DNA from: an uncultured Oscillospiraceae bacterium | GTDB lineage: Bacteria; Bacillota; Clostridia; Oscillospirales; QAMX01 | Direction: 5' to 3' | Assembly: GCA_964515055.1 (NCBI GenBank) | Contig: CAZEUG010000002.1 | Coordinates: forward strand, 38,032-102,031 | DNA: 64,000 nt | Shown: in pieces, positions 52,676 through 59,393 of the stretch | Layout: each line of letters starts with the position of its first letter | Numbering within the stretch: position 1 is the first letter of the stretch | Program-made: the position numbers and the translations under genes | The notes under the pieces: generated by a model | Databases searched by the model: none | What the model saw: only the letters and a program-made list of their open reading frames with translations | What the model was told of the DNA's origin: nothing

Positions 52676-52825
52676 ATTATACATATCGTAAAGGATATTG
52701 CGATTCCTGCGTCCATTGCACGCGCCACTCAGGAAAACGGTTGCAATTGCAATTGCAATTGCAATTGTCATGGTGGTAGCGATGGCGGTTCCGGCGGTAC
52801 CAAGTGCAACTGTCGTTGCAGCTAA
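52676..52825 (+). CDS. Cys-rich RiPP precursor candidate A2 (48-49 aa, non-canonical ATT/ATA start)
   Basis: AGGAGGG RBS at 52665-52671; paralogue of A1: (M)IHIVKDIAIPASIARATQENGCNCNCNCNCHGGSDGGSGGTKCNCRCS*. No ATG/GTG/TTG in frame; ATT at 52676, and ATA at 52679 aligns with the A1 ATG. Confidence 0.6.
   Translation: MIHIVKDIAIPASIARATQENGCNCNCNCNCHGGSDGGSGGTKCNCRCS
52742..52765 (+). repeat. (TGCAAT)x4 hexanucleotide tandem repeat encoding (Cys-Asn)4
   Basis: Read directly: tgcaattgcaattgcaattgcaat, followed by tgt. Confidence 0.95.
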
Positions 52826-52832
52826 ACCGCCT

Positions 52833-52875
52833 GTCACGGCAGGCAGATTTTCGAGAAATCTCTGCCTGTCGTGAC
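52833..52875 (+). promoter_or_regulatory. Intra-operon stem-loop after the precursor genes (partial terminator or mRNA stabiliser)
   Basis: 15-bp stem GTCACGGCAGGCAGA/TCTGCCTGTCGTGAC (one G-U); the T5 run begins 7 nt after the stem, 8 nt after the A2 stop. Confidence 0.5.
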
Positions 52876-52921
52876 TCCAGATTTTTCCAATCATTCAACA
52901 AACAGAAAAGAGGATTCTGTT

Positions 52922-54736
52922 ATGAAAACCTTAAAAAGGGTACTTGGTTGCCAGTCTTTCATGTTGAAGCGAATGTATCGGGACAGCAAACGGCTCTTTT
53001 ATGTGACCCTGATTCAGTCGATTCTGTCCGGTATTTATCCAACCATCGAGCTGGTTGTCAGCAGGAACCTGATTGATGCCCTGGTACGGCTTTCCCTGCG
53101 GGATGCCATGATCAGTATTTCTGTCCTGATCGGCAGCTCCCTGCTCTATTATATTCTGAAAAAGCTGCTGAGTTTTATTGCCGACAATGCGTATAACCTG
53201 ATTCGGCGCCAGATGCGGTTTGACCTTTTTGAAAAGACCTGCTCGCTCGATCTGGCCGTGGCAGATCTGCCGGAAAACAGAACCCTGTATGAAGAAGCAC
53301 AGGGTGCCAACCAGAACAACCGTTGCATGCGGGTTCTGGATTCCTTTTTCAGCATTTTTACCGCCTGTATCACGTTGATTTCTTCCTATATCGTGATGAT
53401 CACAGTTGATCCATGGATTATGATTGTCATTGTCGCCGTGGTCATTCTGCAATCGTTTATCACCATTCGATCGCAGAAGCTGGCTTATGAGACCTGGCGG
53501 GAAGACGCCCGAACCAACAAGGAGGCGTCCTATGTTCTGGGGCTGCTGTTTGACCGCAACTGTGCCTTTGAAATGCGGCTGCACAATCTGTCACAATGGG
53601 TCATTCGGAAATTCAACAAGGTGCAGACCGAATCCGATCTGCTTTGGATTGAAAACAACAAAAAGCAGCAGAGAAACGATGTTTTGAATTTTGCCGTACA
53701 GCTGGTGCAGAAAGCGATTCTGTACGTTTATCTGGCACTGCAGATGCTTTACGCCAATATGACCGTTGCGAATTTCACACTGTGCTTCAATTCTCTGAAC
53801 CAGATTTCCAACAATCTGGTCGCCCTGATTCGCACATTTATTGATATTTTTGAAAATTCCAAGTATATTTACAGCTATAAAAAATATCTGGCGCTGGAAA
53901 ATACAATTGCCGTGCATCGGCCGGATGAAAAGCCGGTCGCCAGAAATGAAGCCCGCAACAACGAAATTGTCTTTGATCACGTCAGCTTCCGTTATCCGGA
54001 AGCACCGGCAGACGTGCTGCACGATATCAACCTGCATCTGGAGCCGCAGAAGTTTTATGTCATCGTTGGTGCGAACGGCGCCGGGAAAACGACGCTGATC
54101 AATCTGCTGATGCGTTTGTATGATCCGTCGAGCGGTTCGATTCGCCTGGGGCAGACCGATATTCGCGACTATGATTTTCAAAGCTATCGGGACTGTTTTG
54201 GTGTGGTTTTCCAGAATTTCAAGGTTTTTGATTATTCGTTCTTTGAAAACATCACGCTATCCGAGGAGGAAAATGAGGAGATCGATGCAGAGGTTCAGCA
54301 GGTCATTCAGAAGGCCGGATTGGCCAACAAGGTGTCACAGCTTGCCAAAGGGATGCACACCTGTGTCGGTAAAGCGTTTGACCAGGATGGCGTCAAGTTA
54401 TCCGGCGGCGAATATCAGAAGGTTGCTCTGGCCAGAGCGCTGTACAGAGACAGTCAGATTCTGATTCTGGACGAGCCATCCAGCGCATTGGATGCGTTGG
54501 CAGAGGATGATCTGATTCAGACCTTCCAGCGAGCCAGCACCAACCAGACGGTTTTCTATATTTCGCACCGTCTCTCCGTGGCGCGCTTTGCATATCGCGT
54601 GATTTTTGTCGGCGATCATACGATTTTGGGCTGCGGCAGCCACGACGAGCTGATGCAAACCTGTCCGCAGTATGCAGAGATGTATACGGCACAGGCCAAA
54701 TATTACACGGAACAGGAAACCGCCCCTTCGCACTGA
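52922..54736 (+). CDS. ABC exporter, fused permease + ATPase (no C39 peptidase domain)
   Basis: Six-TM N-terminal half; GANGAGKTT Walker A, LSGGEYQKVALARAL signature, ILILDEPSSALD Walker B. Start re-picked at MKTLKRVLG. Confidence 0.9.
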   Translation: MKTLKRVLGCQSFMLKRMYRDSKRLFYVTLIQSILSGIYPTIELVVSRNLIDALVRLSLRDAMISISVLIGSSLLYYILKKLLSFIADNAYNLIRRQMRFDLFEKTCSLDLAVADLPENRTLYEEAQGANQNNRCMRVLDSFFSIFTACITLISSYIVMITVDPWIMIVIVAVVILQSFITIRSQKLAYETWREDARTNKEASYVLGLLFDRNCAFEMRLHNLSQWVIRKFNKVQTESDLLWIENNKKQQRNDVLNFAVQLVQKAILYVYLALQMLYANMTVANFTLCFNSLNQISNNLVALIRTFIDIFENSKYIYSYKKYLALENTIAVHRPDEKPVARNEARNNEIVFDHVSFRYPEAPADVLHDINLHLEPQKFYVIVGANGAGKTTLINLLMRLYDPSSGSIRLGQTDIRDYDFQSYRDCFGVVFQNFKVFDYSFFENITLSEEENEEIDAEVQQVIQKAGLANKVSQLAKGMHTCVGKAFDQDGVKLSGGEYQKVALARALYRDSQILILDEPSSALDALAEDDLIQTFQRASTNQTVFYISHRLSVARFAYRVIFVGDHTILGCGSHDELMQTCPQYAEMYTAQAKYYTEQETAPSH

Positions 54737-54745
54737 AAGAAGCTG

Positions 54746-55630
54746 ATGACCGTGCTCGTGTATAGTATATACGGTTTATCCGTGGAATCGAATCTGGAGC
54801 TGTCTTATGTAGATGCAGGCCGTCCAGGTGTCTGTGATATGCGGCTGCACGTGTCCTTTGCGGAAATGCCGCCGGTTCAGCCCATACGGATTCTGGAATC
54901 CGAACAATGGCTGACCATTGAGCTGTTCCCCTTCGCGGTTTATCGGCTGGACAGGTATTCCAACGATGTTTTTTGTCAGGCAGCAGATTATGAGTCATTT
55001 TACTCGACATTTTTCAATCTGCCGTGCTCGGTCTTTCTTTTGCAGCGCGGTGATCTGCTTTTGCACGCGTCATCACTGGTTCACAGTCAAACAGGTGAAT
55101 TGATCGGTTTTGCCGGGCAGAAAGGTGTCGGGAAAAGCACGCTGGTGCATCTGTTGTGCGGGGAAACGTATCAGATTTATGCGGATGATACCCTGCGGAT
55201 TCCGATGGATACCTCTATGGGATTCCGGGGAAATTCTCTTTTGAAACTGACGCCGGAGACGTCCGCCCTCATTCAGGGCAGGCTTCAACTGACGGGACAT
55301 CAAAATGCAGTCGGAAAAGATTATGCCGCCATTTCAACAGATTCCCGGCAACGTCCGATTCGGGCAATCGTTCAACTGACGCGAACTTCGGAGGTAACTT
55401 TTTCCATCCGGCCGGTAATCGCCCCGTTACAGCGTGCCCAAATCATTTGCAGACATCTGACAGGCATCCCGTTCTGGACGGCTTCCATGATTCAAAAGGT
55501 CATGCAGCTTGTCAAAAAAGTCGAGATTCCCGTTTATTCCATGCGAATCCCCGATTCTCTGCATCGTTTGGAGCAGCAAAAGTCGGACATCCTCTCAGCC
55601 CTTGAACAGATGACGAACTCGGTTCTGTGA
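54746..55630 (+). CDS. HPr-kinase-like P-loop protein (putative RiPP peptide kinase)
   Basis: LHASSLVHSQTGELIGFAGQKGVGKSTLVHLLCGETYQIYADDTLRI parallels the genuine HprK in this window ([44 protein letters not shown]). Confidence 0.7.
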   Translation: MTVLVYSIYGLSVESNLELSYVDAGRPGVCDMRLHVSFAEMPPVQPIRILESEQWLTIELFPFAVYRLDRYSNDVFCQAADYESFYSTFFNLPCSVFLLQRGDLLLHASSLVHSQTGELIGFAGQKGVGKSTLVHLLCGETYQIYADDTLRIPMDTSMGFRGNSLLKLTPETSALIQGRLQLTGHQNAVGKDYAAISTDSRQRPIRAIVQLTRTSEVTFSIRPVIAPLQRAQIICRHLTGIPFWTASMIQKVMQLVKKVEIPVYSMRIPDSLHRLEQQKSDILSALEQMTNSVL

Positions 55631-55638
55631 CATTCGGT

Positions 55639-55678
55639 AAAAAAGCGTCTGCACGCATTCTGTGCAGACGCTTTTTTT
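55639..55678. terminator. Bidirectional intrinsic terminator between the island and clpB
   Basis: A6-GCGTCTGCAC-loop-GTGCAGACGC-T7. Confidence 0.85.
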
Positions 55679-55712
55679 ATGCTTCCATGAGAAGGAACGC
55701 GCTTTGCCGCGT

Positions 55713-58364
55713 TTAGCGTACTTCGTCGGGTGAATAGACTTCACCGGTCAGAACCGGGTGGCAGGTCAGGCGGCCATCGGCTGCATCGAGCACGAGGGTG
55801 GAGCCGGCATCCAGATTGCCGGCCAGAATTTCGCGGGCAATGAGCGTTTCCGCCATTCTTTGCAGGCAGCGCTTCAGCGGTCGTGCGCCGTAAACCGGGT
55901 CGTAGCCCTGATCGATGATGAGCGCCCTGGCCGCATCGGTCACTTCCAGCTGCAGCCCGCCTGCGGCGCGGTCGGCCATACGCGTTTGCAGACCGGTCAG
56001 CAGCAGATCGACGATGGCGTTCAGGTTTTCCTTGGTCAGCGGTTTGAAGAATACGATTTCGTCCAGGCGGTTCAGGAATTCCGGTCGGAACGCTGCCCGG
56101 AGCTCGGCCTGCACGCTGGCGCGTGCCGCTTCGCTGACGGAGCCGTCCGGTGCAATGCCGTCCAGCAGATACTGGCTGCCGAGGTTGGAGGTCAGGATGA
56201 TGATCGTATTTTTGAAATCAACCGTGCGCCCCTGGCTGTCGGTGATGCGGCCATCGTCCAGAATTTGCAGCAGGATATTGAACACATCCGGGTGCGCCTT
56301 CTCCACCTCATCGAAGAGGATGACGCTGTAGGGGTGGCGGCGGACGGCTTCGGTGAGCTGGCCGCCCTCGTCATAGCCGACATATCCCGGAGGCGCACCG
56401 ATCAGGCGGGACACGCTGAATTTCTCCATATACTCCGTCATGTCAATCCGCACCAGACTGCGTTCGTCATCGAACAGACTTTCGGCCAGCGTTTTGGCCA
56501 GCTCCGTTTTGCCGACACCGGTCGGCCCTAAAAAGAGGAAGCTGCCGATTGGGCGGTTGGGGTCTGCGATCCCGGCACGGCTGCGCTGAATGGCTTCACT
56601 GACCAGGCGCACTGCTTCATCCTGTCCGACGACACGCCGGTGCAGGATATCTTCGAGTCGCAGCAGCTTTTCCCGTTCGCCCTCGACGAGTCGGGATACC
56701 GGGATGCCCGTCCAGCGTCCAACGACCTCGGCGATCTCTGCATCGGTTACGGTGGAACGGACGAGTCGGTTCTGGTTCTGCCGTTCTGCCGTCTGTTCGG
56801 CCTCCGCCAGCTGTTTTTTCAGCGTCGGCAGCTCGGAATATTGCAGGCGCGCCGCCTTTTCATATTCGCCGTGCAGCTGAGCCTGTTCCATTTCGCCTGT
56901 TTTCTTCTCGATCTCCGTTTTGATCTGCTTGACGGTTTCCGCCGCTTCCTTTTCTGATGTCCAGCGCGCCTTCATTTCGCGGAGCTGATCCTGCTTTTCC
57001 GCAAGCTCCGCCGTCAGCTTGGCCAGACGGTCCCTGGAGAGCTGATCTTCCTCTTTTTTCAGCGACATTTCCTCGATTTCCATCTGCATGATATCGCGGC
57101 GCAGATCATCCAGCTCGCTCGGCATGGAGTCAATCTCCGTGCGAATCATGGCACACGCCTCATCGACCAGGTCAATCGCCTTATCCGGCAGGAACCGGTC
57201 GGTGATATACCGGTTGGACAGCGTGGCCGCCGCCACCAGCGCGTTGTCGTGAATGCGGACGCCGTGGAAGATCTCATACCGTTCCTTCAGTCCGCGCAGG
57301 ATGGAGATCGTATCCTCCACAGTCGGCTCCTCCACGATGACCGGCTGGAATCTCCGTTCCAGTGCGGCGTCCTTTTCGATGTATTTGCGGTATTCGTCCA
57401 GCGTGGTGGCGCCGATGCAGTGCAGCTCGCCACGCGCCAGCATCGGCTTGAGCAGGTTGCCCGCGTCCATGGAGCCCTCTGTCTTCCCGGCACCGACGAT
57501 TGTATGCAGTTCATCAATGAAGAGCAGGATGCGCCCATCCGCCTTTTTGACCTCATTCAGAACGGCTTTCAGGCGTTCCTCAAATTCGCCGCGATATTTT
57601 GCACCGGCCACCAGTGCGCCCATATCCAGCGAGAAAATGGTCTTTTCCTTCAGGCCGTCCGGCACATCACCCCGCACGATTCGCTGCGCCAGACCCTCGG
57701 CGATGGCGGTTTTGCCGACGCCCGGTTCGCCGATCAGGACGGGGTTATTTTTGCTCTTGCGGGACAGGATGCGGATTACGCTCCGGATTTCGGCGTCCCG
57801 GCCGATGACCGGATCCAGCTTCTGTGCCCGTGCGCGTTCGACCAGGTCTGTGCCGTATTTGTTCAGCACGTCATACGTATCCTCCGGATGGTCACTTGTC
57901 ACCGGTGCGCTTTTCACGCGGGACAGCTCCTGCAAAAAGCGTTCCTGCGTCACGCCGTGCCGTTGAAAAATGCCCTGTACCGTCCGGCCGCCTTCAGCAA
58001 TCAGACCCAGCATCAGGTGTTCAACGGAGAGGTATTCGTCCTTCAGCTGCTCTGCCATTTTTTCGGCGAAGCGCAGCACAGCCGACACCTCGCTCGATGG
58101 ATACAGATCGCCGCCCGTCCCCGTCACCTTCGGCAGCCGTTCCATTTCGGCATTCAGCTCGCCCAGCATGGCGCCAACCAGATCGGTGTTGCCGCTCTGG
58201 CGACCCATCCGTTCCAGGAGCGTCCCGATCAGGCCGCCCTCCTGCGACAGCAGCGCATACGCCAGATGCTCCGGTGCGAGCGTCTGATTCTGTTTGTCCC
58301 GCGCCAGATTTTGTGCGCGGTTGATCACATCTATCGTCTTTTGTGTCATTTTTTCTGCATTCAT
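55713..58364 (-). CDS. clpB: ATP-dependent chaperone ClpB
   Basis: 883 aa; two AAA+ modules ([22 protein letters not shown]) with a long middle coiled-coil. Confidence 0.95.
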   Translation of the reverse strand: MNAEKMTQKTIDVINRAQNLARDKQNQTLAPEHLAYALLSQEGGLIGTLLERMGRQSGNTDLVGAMLGELNAEMERLPKVTGTGGDLYPSSEVSAVLRFAEKMAEQLKDEYLSVEHLMLGLIAEGGRTVQGIFQRHGVTQERFLQELSRVKSAPVTSDHPEDTYDVLNKYGTDLVERARAQKLDPVIGRDAEIRSVIRILSRKSKNNPVLIGEPGVGKTAIAEGLAQRIVRGDVPDGLKEKTIFSLDMGALVAGAKYRGEFEERLKAVLNEVKKADGRILLFIDELHTIVGAGKTEGSMDAGNLLKPMLARGELHCIGATTLDEYRKYIEKDAALERRFQPVIVEEPTVEDTISILRGLKERYEIFHGVRIHDNALVAAATLSNRYITDRFLPDKAIDLVDEACAMIRTEIDSMPSELDDLRRDIMQMEIEEMSLKKEEDQLSRDRLAKLTAELAEKQDQLREMKARWTSEKEAAETVKQIKTEIEKKTGEMEQAQLHGEYEKAARLQYSELPTLKKQLAEAEQTAERQNQNRLVRSTVTDAEIAEVVGRWTGIPVSRLVEGEREKLLRLEDILHRRVVGQDEAVRLVSEAIQRSRAGIADPNRPIGSFLFLGPTGVGKTELAKTLAESLFDDERSLVRIDMTEYMEKFSVSRLIGAPPGYVGYDEGGQLTEAVRRHPYSVILFDEVEKAHPDVFNILLQILDDGRITDSQGRTVDFKNTIIILTSNLGSQYLLDGIAPDGSVSEAARASVQAELRAAFRPEFLNRLDEIVFFKPLTKENLNAIVDLLLTGLQTRMADRAAGGLQLEVTDAARALIIDQGYDPVYGARPLKRCLQRMAETLIAREILAGNLDAGSTLVLDAADGRLTCHPVLTGEVYSPDEVR

Positions 58365-58412
58365 AAAAAGGATCCTCCCTTTCCGTTTATCTCATCCGTT
58401 ATGCCGAATGTC

Positions 58413-59084
58413 TCAGAGTATCAATGAGCGGGTTTTCCAATCGTCCGCATACATCTCCGCGAGCGTCTGCGCATCCGCACCGCCGACACACGCCTTCAGC
58501 ATTCGATCCACCAGCCGGACATAATCGGTCATGGCGCCGGACAGCTCGTCTGCGCGGAGCGGATACGCCGTGGTCAGCCCGTTTTTCCGCACCGGGTACA
58601 TCAGAGGGCGCAGAAACCGCCCGTTGTCGAGGACGCAGGAAATTGTCCGCATCAGCAGCTGCTCCTCAATTCGGCAGAAGCAGCGGAAAAACCGGTTCAG
58701 CAGCTCGAGCAGACCCTCCGACTGTGTGCGGAAGATCACCGTCAGTGTGCCGATCATCTCGCCCGGGCAAAATTCATTGGCCAGCTCCACCTCATATCGG
58801 AGCGTTGGCCGGTATTTATACGCCAGGCTGGAGCGCACCGCGACGCGCTGTGCGCTCGGTGCCGCCATCGGAACCAGCTCTCCGGTCGCCGACAGTAACC
58901 GTTCCATGTCCGAAAAAATATCGCGCAGCTGCTGCTCCGGCGTGCGCATTTCCACCCGTTCCGCCAGAATCATGTTGACGAGGTTGGAACGGTTCGTCCC
59001 CATTCTGTGCGCCAGTGCATCGACCTCCCGCATGATATCGTCCGACAGCATCAGGCTGTATAATGTTTTTTTCACGGAGCGCAT
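58413..59084 (-). CDS. Hypothetical protein with N-terminal ribbon-helix-helix (CopG-like) motif
   Basis: Only the 3' third of tracked ORF 58413-60335. KKTLYSLMLSDDIMREVDALAHRMGTNRSNLVNMILAERV resembles an RHH. Start is ATG at 59084 or GTG at 59075 (9 nt after GGAGG). Confidence 0.55.
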   Translation of the reverse strand: MRSVKKTLYSLMLSDDIMREVDALAHRMGTNRSNLVNMILAERVEMRTPEQQLRDIFSDMERLLSATGELVPMAAPSAQRVAVRSSLAYKYRPTLRYEVELANEFCPGEMIGTLTVIFRTQSEGLLELLNRFFRCFCRIEEQLLMRTISCVLDNGRFLRPLMYPVRKNGLTTAYPLRADELSGAMTDYVRLVDRMLKACVGGADAQTLAEMYADDWKTRSLIL

Positions 59085-59129
59085 CCTCCCTTTTCTGTCT
59101 GCCGTTGCAGACATCTGCCCGGCGCTTTT

Positions 59130-59158
59130 ATTGTAGCACGTTTCATGTAATTTGTCAA
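59130..59158 (-). promoter_or_regulatory. Putative promoter of the RHH-gene/clpB unit
   Basis: Minus strand TTGACA-17 nt-(TGc)TACAAT. Palindrome ATTTATATAAAT (59162-59173) lies just upstream. Confidence 0.55.
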
Positions 59159-59256
59159 GTGATTTATATAAATTCTCTGCCGAATTTTGTATGCTGCAGA
59201 GGTCGTCCGTTTTGGAATGATTTTGCGTGTTTTCGTGCAAAAACAGCCGATGCAGA

Positions 59257-59285
59257 TTGACAAAGGCGTATGGACGTGCTATAAT
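59257..59285 (+). promoter_or_regulatory. Consensus sigma-A promoter of the zinc-ribbon membrane protein gene
   Basis: TTGACA-17 nt-(TGc)TATAAT. Confidence 0.6.
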
Positions 59286-59393
59286 AGAGTGCGTGCTGGC
59301 GTTTTTCTGTAGTTCTGTTTTGACAGGTTTCACTTTTTCAGGAAGCCTGAGCCCAGTGCTTCTACATTTTATTGAAAAGAGTGAATCCGATCT

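Noticed and set aside
50578-52767. CRISPR array or mobile element explanation for the repeats
   Set aside because: There are only two 243-bp copies with a single 108-bp spacer. The hexanucleotide repeat is coding. No cas genes, transposase, inverted terminal repeats or target-site duplications were seen.
52490-52894. 134-aa minus-strand ORF, and the full 133-aa plus-strand ORF 52262-52663
   Set aside because: The minus ORF is the antisense image of the two precursor genes (a mirror of the Cys/Asn repeats). The plus ORF's first 78 codons overlap the rSAM 3' end out of frame and have no RBS, so only its last 55 codons behind AGGAGG were kept.
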